Part shown: one piece after another, positions 33,623-42,694 of the stretch
Layout: each line of letters begins with the position of its first letter
How positions within the stretch are numbered: position 1 is the stretch's first letter
NCBI GenBank assembly: GCA_027320085.1
Contig: DAHVLZ010000011.1
Coordinates: 1-64,000 of the forward strand
Length of the DNA: 64,000 nt
Direction: 5' to 3'
Origin: Pseudomonadota bacterium
GTDB lineage: Bacteria; Pseudomonadota; Gammaproteobacteria; JAKAQQ01
Position numbers and translations under genes: made by a program
Notes under the pieces: generated by a model
What the model was told of the DNA's origin: nothing
What the model saw: only the letters and a program-made list of their open reading frames with translations
Database searches by the model: none

Positions 33623-33683
33623 GGGCGGTTCAACCTCAAGGGATGGGTCGGATGGGTTGGAATTCGGGTGACGACAAGGCCGA

Positions 33684-33962
33684 TCAGCGCCGGAGTCCGA
33701 GCTGACTGACCAACGTATCGTAACGCGGGGGATCTATGCGGGCGAGATAGTCGAGCAGGCTGCGCCGGCGGTTGACCATCATGAGCAGCCCGCGGCGGGA
33801 GTGATGATCTTTCCTGTGTTTTTCGAAATGATTCGCGAGCCCGTTGATCCGTTGCGTGAGAAGCGCCACCTGGACCTCGGGAGAACCGGTATCCTGATGC
33901 GCCCTCTGGAACTGTTTCACGACGTCGGCGCGGGACGCGTTCGGGCGATCTTCTGGGGACAT
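33684..33962 (-). CDS. rpsO: 30S ribosomal protein S15
   Basis: [28 protein letters not shown]; start could be 33962 or 33968. Confidence 0.96.
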   Translation of the reverse strand: MSPEDRPNASRADVVKQFQRAHQDTGSPEVQVALLTQRINGLANHFEKHRKDHHSRRGLLMMVNRRRSLLDYLARIDPPRYDTLVSQLGLRR

Positions 33963-33998
33963 GGGCATTGACAATCGGCCTTGTAATAACGGTCCATT

Positions 33999-34988
33999 TT
34001 ACTCCGGCCCACCCTTTTCGCACAAGGGCCCGGGGCGTGTGCCGGGATCGTCCCCCCGCTCGTGGGAGCCGGTCCCGGCGGTCGACCGGAAAAGCCGTGC
34101 GTCCGTGGGACAAAGCCGAAGCACCCGGAGCCCGTCCGGTCCGGAATCCGATCCGAGTCCCAAAAAGACTCCCGCCCGGTCGTAGAGCCGGAGTGGACCC
34201 GGCCCCAGCGGACCCGGGATCCTGACCGGCTGTCCCCGGATGAGACCGTCGACCTCGCGGGGATCCAGCTCAAGGCGCGAGAGATGCGCAAGCGGCCAGT
34301 CGACGGACCGGAGCCGGTCGCGGACCGTCTCGAGATCCTCCCAGGCCACCAGATCTTCTTCCCTGAAGCATCCCACCCGAAGCCGTCTGAGCCCGCTCAC
34401 ATGGGCAACGGTGCCGAGGCTCCGGGCCCAGTCCTCGACCCAGCTCCGCACATAAACCCCAGGTCCGCACTCGAGCTCGAAGCAGGCCGTGGGCGGCACC
34501 CAACTCAGAAGGCTCACCCGGAACACCTCGATGGGACGGGGCGGACGGTCGACCTCAATCTTCTGGCGCGCGAGACGGTAGAGGGGAATCCCCTTCTGTT
34601 TGAGGGCCGAGAACATGGGAGGCACCTGGAGGCTCGTCCCGATCCGGCCGGCGAGATCCGAGGCCATCTCGGCGAAACCGAGATCCGGGACGGGACCTTG
34701 GGCCAAAACCTCGCCCTCGCCATCTCCCGTTCGGGTTTGCTGTCCCAGTCTCGCCTCGACCCGGTACAGCTTGGGCGAGACCGCGAAGTAGGACAAAAAG
34801 CCCCGGGCCGTGCCGAACGCGATGGGCAGGAGGCCCGTGGCCAAGGGATCGAGCGTTCCCTGGTAGCCACCCCGGACCCCGGGGCCGAGCCGCCTCCGGA
34901 TCCTTTGGAGCGCCTGATTCGACGTCCACCCGAGCGGCTTGTCGAAAGGGAGGATGCCGTCGACCCCGCCCGCTGCTCCCTGGGGCAT
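33999..34988 (-). CDS. truB: tRNA pseudouridine(55) synthase TruB
   Basis: DKPLGWTSN, GTLDPLATGLL, QVPPMFSALK, GVYVRS. Confidence 0.93.
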   Translation of the reverse strand: MPQGAAGGVDGILPFDKPLGWTSNQALQRIRRRLGPGVRGGYQGTLDPLATGLLPIAFGTARGFLSYFAVSPKLYRVEARLGQQTRTGDGEGEVLAQGPVPDLGFAEMASDLAGRIGTSLQVPPMFSALKQKGIPLYRLARQKIEVDRPPRPIEVFRVSLLSWVPPTACFELECGPGVYVRSWVEDWARSLGTVAHVSGLRRLRVGCFREEDLVAWEDLETVRDRLRSVDWPLAHLSRLELDPREVDGLIRGQPVRIPGPLGPGPLRLYDRAGVFLGLGSDSGPDGLRVLRLCPTDARLFRSTAGTGSHERGDDPGTRPGPLCEKGGPE

Positions 34989-34995
34989 GGCGACC

Positions 34996-35358
34996 TCAAC
35001 TCTCCGGGGGCGGATCGAGCGAGGCCAAAAGCTGTTCCACCCGCCGGACGGATTCGAGTTCGGTGTCGTATTCGAAGCGGATCTCCGGTACCACCCGGAG
35101 CTTTGCCTGCCGGCCGATCTCATGGCGGATCCGCCCCCGGACGGCTTCGAGCGCATCTTCCACCGCCTCCAGGTTCGCGGGATCACTTTCAGCCACAACG
35201 AAGTAAAAGCGGGCGAAACCGAGATCCGGACTCACGCGGACGCGGGTGATGGCGAGTGAACGGAAACGGTCGTCACCGCAGTCACAGGCCAGCCATAGTC
35301 CAACCTGTTTCTGCAGTTCCCGGGCCACCCGCTGGCTGCGGTGGGGGGAGGATTTCAT
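34996..35358 (-). CDS. rbfA: Ribosome-binding factor A
   Basis: RSQRVA, VSPDL, LRVVPEIRFEYD; lies between infB and truB. Confidence 0.92.
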   Translation of the reverse strand: MKSSPHRSQRVARELQKQVGLWLACDCGDDRFRSLAITRVRVSPDLGFARFYFVVAESDPANLEAVEDALEAVRGRIRHEIGRQAKLRVVPEIRFEYDTELESVRRVEQLLASLDPPPES

Positions 35359-37829
35359 AGCGCGCGGTTCACCTCCACCCGCTCGAAGACTTCGATCTGG
35401 TCCCCCGGCTTGATGTCGTTATAGCCCTGGATGGCCATTCCGCATTCGGTTCCCGACTGGACTTCACTCACGTCATCCTTGAAGCGCCGGAGGGAGGCGA
35501 TCTCCCCCTCGAAAATCACCACCTGGTTTCGCAGCACCCGGGCCGGACGGTTTTTCAAGATGTGTCCTTCGATGACGAGACAGCCGGCCACCTGGCCGAA
35601 ACGGGCCGCACGGAAGACCTCGCGCACCTGGGCCGTCCCCACGATCTGTTCGCGGACCTCGGGCTTGAGCAGACCGCCCATGCGCTGACGCATGTCCTCG
35701 AGCACCTGGTAGATCACTCCGTAATAATCGACCTCGACCGACTGTTCGGCCAGGGCCCGTTTTGCCGCGGCATCGGCCCTGACGTTGAACGCCAGGATGC
35801 GGGCATGGGAGGCGGCGGCGAGATAGACATCACCCTCGGTAATCCCCCCAACGCCGCTGCTCACGATCGCGACCGCGATTTCCGCGGTCGAAAGCTCGTT
35901 CAGGGCGGACCGCAAGGCCTCAAGCGATCCCTGGACGTCGGCCTTGAGCAGAACCGGGACGGTCTGGGCCACGGACTGGCCCATCTGGGCAAAGGCCTCC
36001 TCGACGCCGATCGGTCCCTTCTGGCCCTGGAGACGGACGTTGCGCATCTTGCCCTGCCGGTATTCCGCGAGTTCGCGGGCCGTCTTCTCGTCGGCGACCA
36101 CGGTCGCCCGGTCACCGGCGACCGGCGGGTTCGGGAAACCCAGAACCACGGCCGGGAGCGACGGGGTGACCTCGGTGATCCGATCGCCCCGTTCATTGAA
36201 GAGGGCCCGGACCCGTCCGTACTCCTTGCCGGCCAGGAGGATCTGTCCGACCGAAAGCGTCCCCTGCTGGATCAGGATGGTGGCCGTGGTCCCGCGACCC
36301 GTCTCGAGGCTCGCTTCGAGGACCACGCCCACGGCCCGCCCCGCCCGCGGCGCGCCAAGCTCGAGCAGTTCGGCCTGGACCAGGACCGCATCCAGAAGCG
36401 CATCGATGCCCTCCCCGCTTTTCGCGGAAACCGGAACAAAGAGAGTCTCCCCCCCCCACTCCTCGGGCAAAACCTCCTGCTGGGCCAGTTCACTCTTGAC
36501 CCGTTCCAAATCCGCCTCGGGTTTGTCGATCTTGTTGATGGCGACGACGATCGGCACCTTGGCGGCGCGGGCATGTTGGATGGCCTCCAAGGTCTGCGGC
36601 TTGACGCCGTCATCCGCCGCGACCACCAGGATCACGAGATCGGTGACCTGGGCCCCGCGGGCCCGCATGGCCGTGAAGGCGGCATGACCGGGGGTATCCA
36701 GGAAGGTGATCGATCCCTTGGGCGTATCCACATGATAGGCCCCGATATGCTGGGTGATCCCGCCCGCCTCGCCGGCCGCCACCCGGGTGCGCCGGATGTA
36801 GTCGAGAAGCGAGGTCTTGCCGTGATCGACATGCCCCATGATGGTCACGACGGGAGGCCTGGGCTCCATCCGGTCGCTCTCGCTCTGGATGGCCTGGGAG
36901 AGGGCTTCCTCCAAGGCATCCTCGCGCAGGACCTTCGCCCGGTGTCCCAACTCCTCGATCACGAGAACGGCCGTGTCCTGGTCGAGCAGTTGATTGATGG
37001 TCACAACGACCCCCATGCCGAAGAGGGTCTTGATCAGTTCGGCCGCCTTGACCCCGAGCCTTTGGGCCAGCTCGCCCACACTGATGGTCTCGGGAACGGC
37101 AATCTCCCGGACCTGGGGTTGCGGCGGCGGGGCCCGCTCCCCTTCGACCCGGCCGCGGGCCCGTGACCGGGCACCCTCAGCTCCGGACTTGAGGCTGAGC
37201 CGCCCGCCCGTCGGGGCCGGCTGCGGAACCGCAGCCTTGACGTGTCCCTTGGCGCGCTGGCGCTTGTCCTCCTCTTCGAGTTCCCGCTTGAGCTGGGCTT
37301 CCAGTCGCCGCCGCTCCTCCTCCTGCCGGAGGCGCAACTCCTGTTCCTGCCGCTCGCGGACTTCCCGCTCACGCTGCTCCCGTTCCTGTTCGCGCTGCCG
37401 GTGTTCCTCGTCGAGGCGGGTCTTTTCCTGCATCTGCCGGCGCAACTCCTCTTCGTGCAGAAGTGCCGCCTGGCGTTCCTGTTCGATGGCCTCGAGTGCC
37501 CGTCGGCGGGATTCCTGCTCGAGCAGAACCTCCCGCTTGACATAGGTATGACGCTGCTTGACCTCGACGTTCACGGTCTTGCTGCGTCCCTGGGCTCCCG
37601 CGATCTTCAAGGCGCTGACCGAACGCCGTTTGAGGGTAATGCGGGAGGGCGCGGCATCATCCCCCGCCTCGTGATGGCGGAGAAAATTGAGCAGGGTCAT
37701 TTTCTGCTCATCGCTCACCGGGGCATCCGGGCCGGCAAAATCGATGCCGGCCTCGCGGAACTGCACGATGAGCCGGTCGACCGGCGTTCTCACGGACTCG
37801 GCAAATTCACGGACCGTCTGGTCGGTCAT
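35355..37829 (-). CDS. infB: Translation initiation factor IF-2
   Basis: GHVDHGKTS, DTPGH, NKID, ECG. Confidence 0.98.
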   Translation of the reverse strand: MTDQTVREFAESVRTPVDRLIVQFREAGIDFAGPDAPVSDEQKMTLLNFLRHHEAGDDAAPSRITLKRRSVSALKIAGAQGRSKTVNVEVKQRHTYVKREVLLEQESRRRALEAIEQERQAALLHEEELRRQMQEKTRLDEEHRQREQEREQREREVRERQEQELRLRQEEERRRLEAQLKRELEEEDKRQRAKGHVKAAVPQPAPTGGRLSLKSGAEGARSRARGRVEGERAPPPQPQVREIAVPETISVGELAQRLGVKAAELIKTLFGMGVVVTINQLLDQDTAVLVIEELGHRAKVLREDALEEALSQAIQSESDRMEPRPPVVTIMGHVDHGKTSLLDYIRRTRVAAGEAGGITQHIGAYHVDTPKGSITFLDTPGHAAFTAMRARGAQVTDLVILVVAADDGVKPQTLEAIQHARAAKVPIVVAINKIDKPEADLERVKSELAQQEVLPEEWGGETLFVPVSAKSGEGIDALLDAVLVQAELLELGAPRAGRAVGVVLEASLETGRGTTATILIQQGTLSVGQILLAGKEYGRVRALFNERGDRITEVTPSLPAVVLGFPNPPVAGDRATVVADEKTARELAEYRQGKMRNVRLQGQKGPIGVEEAFAQMGQSVAQTVPVLLKADVQGSLEALRSALNELSTAEIAVAIVSSGVGGITEGDVYLAAASHARILAFNVRADAAAKRALAEQSVEVDYYGVIYQVLEDMRQRMGGLLKPEVREQIVGTAQVREVFRAARFGQVAGCLVIEGHILKNRPARVLRNQVVIFEGEIASLRRFKDDVSEVQSGTECGMAIQGYNDIKPGDQIEVFERVEVNRAL

Positions 37830-37832
37830 GGC

Positions 37833-39407
37833 TCATGCCTCCTTGGATTCTGGGGCGTCCGTTCCGAACCAGTGGGATCGGGCCGCCATGATGATGCGTC
37901 CAGCCCCGTCACGATCCAGCCCTTCGAGACCCTCGAGGTCGTCGACGGCCAGCTCGGCCAAAGCATCCCGGCTCGCGATGCCCCGCTGGATCAGCCGTCC
38001 CGCGAGCACCGCATCGATCCCGGGAATCGAGAGGAGATCCGAGGCCTCGACCGCATTTTCCCGCGTCTCCTCACTGGCGATGGCCTGGGTCAGAAGCAGG
38101 TCGCGGGCCCGGCCCCGGAGCTGTTCAACCAGTTCGTCGTCGAACTCCGGGATCGAACGCAACTCCCCGATCGGCACGTAGGCCACTTCTTCGACCGAGG
38201 AGAAGCCGGCTTGGGCCAGGAGGCTCGCCACCTCGTCGTCGATGTTGAGCTGCTCGACGAACAGGCGCCGGGCGGTATCCAGTTCCGACTGCTTTTTCTC
38301 GAGCGCCTGCGTCTCGGTCAGGATGTTGAGCGACCAGCCGGTGAGCTGGCTGGCCAGCCGGACATTCTGTCCACCCCGGCCGATGGCCTGGGACAGGCGG
38401 TTCTCATCCACGGCAATGTCCATGCTGTGAGAATCCTCGTCCAGCGTGATCGAGCGCACCTCGGCCGGTGACATGGCATTGATGACAAACTGGGCCGGGG
38501 AATCGTCCCACTGGACGATATCGATCCGCTCCCCTGAAAGTTCGTTGGACACCGCCTGGACCCGGGCTCCGCGCATGCCGACACAGGCCCCCACGGCATC
38601 GACCCGGCTGTCCCGGCTCAAAACCGCGATCTTGGCCCGCTGTCCCGGATCGCGGGCCGCCCCCTTGATCTCGATCAGTCCCTGGCCGATTTCCGGCACC
38701 TCGAGCTTGAACAGCTCGATCAAAAGCTCGGGCGCGACACGGCTCACCAGGAGAAGCGGACCCCGCGTATCGGTATTGAGTGCCCGCAGATAACCGCGCA
38801 GGCGGTCCCCCGGCCGCGGGACCTCGCGTGGGATCGTTTCGTCGCGGAGGATCACGGCCTCCGCCCCGGAAGAGAGTTCGATGTAGATGTTGCCCCGCTC
38901 GACCCGCTTGACGGTGCCCGAGACCAGCTGTCCGATCCGGTCCCGGTAGGCTTCGATCACCTGGATCCGTTCCGCCTCGCGCACCTTCTGCACGATCACC
39001 TGTTTGGCCACCTGGGCGGCAATGCGGCCGAAGGGGATGGAGGGCAACGGCTCCTCGATGAACCCGCCGATCTCGACTCCTGAATCGCGTTCAAGGGCCT
39101 GGGCGAGGCGGATCTGGCGCTCCGGATCGAAGGGCTCGCCCTCCTCGTCCGTCTCCGCCACGGCCGACTCGTCGCCCTCGACCGACTCGTCGCCCACGAC
39201 CGACTCGTCGCCCACGACCTGCCAGCGCCGGAAGGTTTCATAGTCACCGCTCGTCCGGTTGATGGCCACCCGGGCGTCGATGCGATCCCCATGGCGCTTG
39301 CGCGTCGCCGACGCCAAAGCCGCCTCGAGTGCCTCAAAGATGGTTCCCGGGTCAACCCCCCGCTCACTCGCGACGGAATCGACGACCACCAAAATTTCTT
39401 TCCCCAT
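37833..39407 (-). CDS. nusA: Transcription factor NusA
   Basis: FGRIAAQVAKQVIVQKVREAER, S1 and KH domains, C-terminal HhH repeats; start set at ATG 39407. Confidence 0.97.
   Translation of the reverse strand: MGKEILVVVDSVASERGVDPGTIFEALEAALASATRKRHGDRIDARVAINRTSGDYETFRRWQVVGDESVVGDESVEGDESAVAETDEEGEPFDPERQIRLAQALERDSGVEIGGFIEEPLPSIPFGRIAAQVAKQVIVQKVREAERIQVIEAYRDRIGQLVSGTVKRVERGNIYIELSSGAEAVILRDETIPREVPRPGDRLRGYLRALNTDTRGPLLLVSRVAPELLIELFKLEVPEIGQGLIEIKGAARDPGQRAKIAVLSRDSRVDAVGACVGMRGARVQAVSNELSGERIDIVQWDDSPAQFVINAMSPAEVRSITLDEDSHSMDIAVDENRLSQAIGRGGQNVRLASQLTGWSLNILTETQALEKKQSELDTARRLFVEQLNIDDEVASLLAQAGFSSVEEVAYVPIGELRSIPEFDDELVEQLRGRARDLLLTQAIASEETRENAVEASDLLSIPGIDAVLAGRLIQRGIASRDALAELAVDDLEGLEGLDRDGAGRIIMAARSHWFGTDAPESKEA
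39164..39219. repeat. Three in-frame copies of an 18-bp tandem repeat within nusA
   Basis: CCGACTCGTCGCCC(T/A)CGA x3, encoding VVGDES-VVGDES-VEGDES. Confidence 0.9.
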
Positions 39408-39426
39408 AACGAACCTCACTTCCCCG

Positions 39427-39888
39427 TTAAGTCGGTACCAAACGCGCCTTGCCGATGCACTTCCAAGGCACCCGGAAAGAGACGCCTTCCGCCTCGATCG
39501 CGAGGCCCTCTTCACTCACGGCCACGAGGCGCCCCATCAGGCGGGCGCGCCCTTCCCACAAGCCATCAAACCGCAACCGCACCTTCTGTCCCACAACCCG
39601 CTCAAAGTCTCCCTGTCTCCGGAGCGGCCGGTCCGGACCGGGAGATGAGACCTCGAGGCGGTAGGGATGCCGGATGGGATCCTCGACATCCAAAAGCCCG
39701 GTCACCGCGCGGCTTACCGCCTCGCAGTCATCGAGCCCGATCCCCTCCTCCCCGGGGCGATCGATATAGAGTCTCACGACCCCCCCCGTGCGGGTCAGAC
39801 CGAGCTCGACTTCGAGGAGGTCATACCCCAAGGCCCGGACTTCCGGCTCAAGCAGCCGGAGCAAGCTCTCGTATTGGGCCTGAGCCAT
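39427..39888 (-). CDS. rimP: Ribosome maturation factor RimP
   Basis: LYID, DDCEAVS, YRLEVSSPGPDRPL. Confidence 0.95.
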   Translation of the reverse strand: MAQAQYESLLRLLEPEVRALGYDLLEVELGLTRTGGVVRLYIDRPGEEGIGLDDCEAVSRAVTGLLDVEDPIRHPYRLEVSSPGPDRPLRRQGDFERVVGQKVRLRFDGLWEGRARLMGRLVAVSEEGLAIEAEGVSFRVPWKCIGKARLVPT

Positions 39889-39906
39889 GCCACCCCCCCC
39901 TGTCCA

Positions 39907-39935
39907 CAAAAACAAAAGGGGCCAAAGCCCCTTGT
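39907..39935 (-). promoter_or_regulatory. rimP leader attenuator-like hairpin
   Basis: Minus strand AAGGGGC-TTTG-GCCCCTT followed by a T-rich run just upstream of rimP; resembles the described rimP leader (GGGC...GCCC). Confidence 0.7.
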
Positions 39936-40092
39936 CTCCAGATCGCGATGGGTTCCTTCCGGCTTTGGGACGTACTCCCCTTCGGGGTACGGTTATCCGG
40001 CCTCCTGCTCAATGGTTCATTTTAAACCCAAAACGGTCTCCGTTCAATTATATGGAGAGGCTCCGGGCATCCGGCCCATCTCGCCTCGCACC

Positions 40093-41622
40093 TCAGGGCT
40101 CCACCGGGGGCCGCTCGGGGGGCAGGAAGCCGTGGGAACGATCCTGTCTCAGGTGGCCCAATTCAGGCTCCCGGGGTTCCGGCCAATCGCTCCGGTAGTG
40201 GGCACCCCGGCTTTCCTCACGCCACAGGGCAGCCCGGATCCAGAGCCAGGCAAGACGGGCCTCGGTCTCACCCGAGCTCCGCTCCTCCACGACGGCCAAG
40301 ACCTCCTCGAGTCCGCGCTCCAATGACTCGCGCTTCCGGACCACGCCCAAGCACCGGGTCAGGATGGTCGGTAGCCGTCCCCAGGCGGGACGCCCCCAAG
40401 CGGGAGCGGACCGCACCGGGGTCCCGGTCTCGTGCCGGAACGGCGGGCATGCAGCCGCTGTGATGGAGGCCGCAACCGCCCGCGCGCAGACCACCGCCTC
40501 GAGCAGCGAGTTGCTGGCCAGGCGGTTGGCCCCATGGAGTCCGGTCGAGGCCGTCTCGCCCACCGCCCAGAGGCCGGATCGGCTACTCCGGCCCTCGCAA
40601 TCGACCGCGATCCCGCCCATGTGGTAGTGGACCGCCGGCGTGATGGGCAAAAGATCACGGGCCGGGTCCAGTCCCTGGGCCCGACAGATCGCATCGATCT
40701 TGGGGAAGCGGGTGGCGAAGGCCTCTCCCGGGTGTTTCCGGGCGTCGAGGAAAACCCGATGACCGGCTTTCTGGTGCTGCCAGATCGCCCGGGCCACCCG
40801 GTCTCGTGGGGCCAGTTCCGCACCTGGCAGATCGGCCATGAAACGCTCGCCCCCTTCATCGACGAGGCATGCGCCCTCCCCTCGCACGGCCTCACTGATG
40901 AGCGGGAGGGGGTGCTGGCGGGTCGCGAGCGCCGTCGGATGGTACTGGATGAATTCGAGATCCACGAGCTCGGCGCCGGCTTCGAGTGCCAACAGCAAGC
41001 CCCCCCCGCGGGCACTCAGCGGATTGGTCGTCTGTTCGAACAGTCCCCCGACCCCCCCCGTGGCCAGCACGATGGCCCGGGCCGGGAAGCACTCGCTCTC
41101 CCCCGCGCGCTGGCAGATCACCCCGGAAAGTCCGGCCTCATCCTCGATGAGACCCACCGCCTCGGCACCCTCGATCCGCTCGATCGCGGGTTCCGCGAGA
41201 ACCCGGCGGACGAGCGTCTCCATGAGGCTCTGACCGGTTGCATCACCGCGGGCATGGACGATCCGGCGGCGTCCATGCCCTCCTTCGAGACCGAGGTCCA
41301 GCCGTCCCTGGGCATCCCGGTCGAAAGGCACCCCCCAGGATGCAAGCTGCCCGATTGCCCAGGGGCCCTCTTGGGTGATCTTCTGGACCACGGCCGGATC
41401 GCACAGGCCGGCTCCCACCTCGATCGTGTCCTCGGCATGAAAGCGCGGCTCGTCGTCCGCTCCCACGGCGGCCGCGATCCCGCCCTGTGCCCACAGGCTG
41501 GATCCGTCGGTTCCGAGCGGTGTCCGGACCACGAGGCGCACCGGATGCGGGGCGAGACAGAGGGCGGTTGCAAGCCCCGCGATCCCTCCCCCGATGATGG
41601 TCGGCTTGGTTTTCCGGCTCAA
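40093..41622 (-). CDS. nadB: L-aspartate oxidase
   Basis: IGGGIAG, SLWAQGGIAA, QYHPT, HYHMGG, TGLHGANRLASNSLLE, EESRGAH. Confidence 0.95.
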   Translation of the reverse strand: MSRKTKPTIIGGGIAGLATALCLAPHPVRLVVRTPLGTDGSSLWAQGGIAAAVGADDEPRFHAEDTIEVGAGLCDPAVVQKITQEGPWAIGQLASWGVPFDRDAQGRLDLGLEGGHGRRRIVHARGDATGQSLMETLVRRVLAEPAIERIEGAEAVGLIEDEAGLSGVICQRAGESECFPARAIVLATGGVGGLFEQTTNPLSARGGGLLLALEAGAELVDLEFIQYHPTALATRQHPLPLISEAVRGEGACLVDEGGERFMADLPGAELAPRDRVARAIWQHQKAGHRVFLDARKHPGEAFATRFPKIDAICRAQGLDPARDLLPITPAVHYHMGGIAVDCEGRSSRSGLWAVGETASTGLHGANRLASNSLLEAVVCARAVAASITAAACPPFRHETGTPVRSAPAWGRPAWGRLPTILTRCLGVVRKRESLERGLEEVLAVVEERSSGETEARLAWLWIRAALWREESRGAHYRSDWPEPREPELGHLRQDRSHGFLPPERPPVEP

Positions 41623-42596
41623 AGCGCGAGCATCCGCTCGACCGCACGCCGGGCCCGTCCCGCCACGGCACGATCGATCGTGACCTCGTGCTCGAGCGAT
41701 TCGAGTGACCGGCGCAGCTTGGTCAGGGTGATGCGCTTCATGTAGGGACAGAGGTTACACGGCCGGATGAAACGCACCTCTGGGTGGTCGACCGTGATGT
41801 TGTCGCTCATCGAGCATTCGGTGAGCAGGGCGACGGCGTCCGGGTGATGGCGATCGATATACTCGGACATGGCCGTCGTCGATCCGGAGAAATCCGCGTC
41901 GGCAACCACTTCGGGCCGACATTCGGGATGGGCCAGAACCTGGAGCCCGGGGTGTTCCCGCCGCAGCGCCTGGACGGCCTCCAGGCCGAAACGCTCGTGC
42001 ACGATGCAGCGTCCCTCCCAGGCCACGACCTCGACCCGGGTTTGCCGTGCCACATTGGCCGCGAGATAGCGGTCCGGGATCAGAAGGACCCGTGGGACAC
42101 CCAGCGATTCGACGACCCGGACGGCATTGCTCGAGGTACAACAGACATCGGATTCCGCTTTGACCGCCGCCGAGGTATTGACGTAGGTCACGACCGGAAC
42201 CCCGGGATGGGCCGCGCGCAGCGCCCGCACATCCTCCGGCGTGATCGATTCCGCAAGCGAGCAACCGGCATCCCGATCCGGAATGAGCACCCGCCGGTCC
42301 GGATTGAGCAGCTTGGCCGTTTCCGCCATGAAATAGACCCCGGCCATCACGATGACGTCGGCCTCAAGGCGTTTGGCCTCCCGGGCCAGGTGAAGGCTGT
42401 CCCCCACCACATCCGCCACACAGTGATAGATCTCGGGGGTCTGGTAGTTATGGGCCAAGATCACGGCATGACGCGAACGCTTGAGTTCGGTGACCGCGGC
42501 CACCTCGTCGGCAAAAACCGGCCACTCGACCGCCGGGATGAACGGTCTCACCCGTTCGTAGAGAACATCCATCCGCCTGGCAGAAACTTGGGGCAT
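41619..42596 (-). CDS. nadA: Quinolinate synthase
   Basis: ILAHNYQ, GDSL, AGCSLA, AHPEC, CPYM. Confidence 0.96.
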   Translation of the reverse strand: MPQVSARRMDVLYERVRPFIPAVEWPVFADEVAAVTELKRSRHAVILAHNYQTPEIYHCVADVVGDSLHLAREAKRLEADVIVMAGVYFMAETAKLLNPDRRVLIPDRDAGCSLAESITPEDVRALRAAHPGVPVVTYVNTSAAVKAESDVCCTSSNAVRVVESLGVPRVLLIPDRYLAANVARQTRVEVVAWEGRCIVHERFGLEAVQALRREHPGLQVLAHPECRPEVVADADFSGSTTAMSEYIDRHHPDAVALLTECSMSDNITVDHPEVRFIRPCNLCPYMKRITLTKLRRSLESLEHEVTIDRAVAGRARRAVERMLAL

Positions 42597-42611
42597 GCGC
42601 ACGACCCTCAC

Positions 42612-42632
42612 TTATGCTCACAATGAGCATTA
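42612..42632. promoter_or_regulatory. NadQ operator upstream of nadA
   Basis: TT-ATGCTCA-CAA-TGAGCAT-TA palindrome matching the NadQ consensus as I recall it (ttATRCTCannntGAGYATaa). It lies downstream of a TTGACG-N18-TAGCAT promoter (minus strand, 42698-42669). Confidence 0.85.
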
Positions 42633-42694
42633 AAGGACCGAAACCACCGCATGGATTCGGACGCGGTCATGCTAGCGCAGGCTACCCCGGACCG

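Noticed and set aside
33999-34110. C-terminal extension of TruB as a new domain
   Set aside because: Low-complexity tail, most simply explained by stop-codon drift into the rpsO upstream region.
35562-38471. Long plus-strand ORFs opposite infB and nusA
   Set aside because: Shadow frames of conserved genes.
39936-40092. tRNA-Met upstream of rimP
   Set aside because: No cloverleaf or T-loop GTTCRA motif on either strand.
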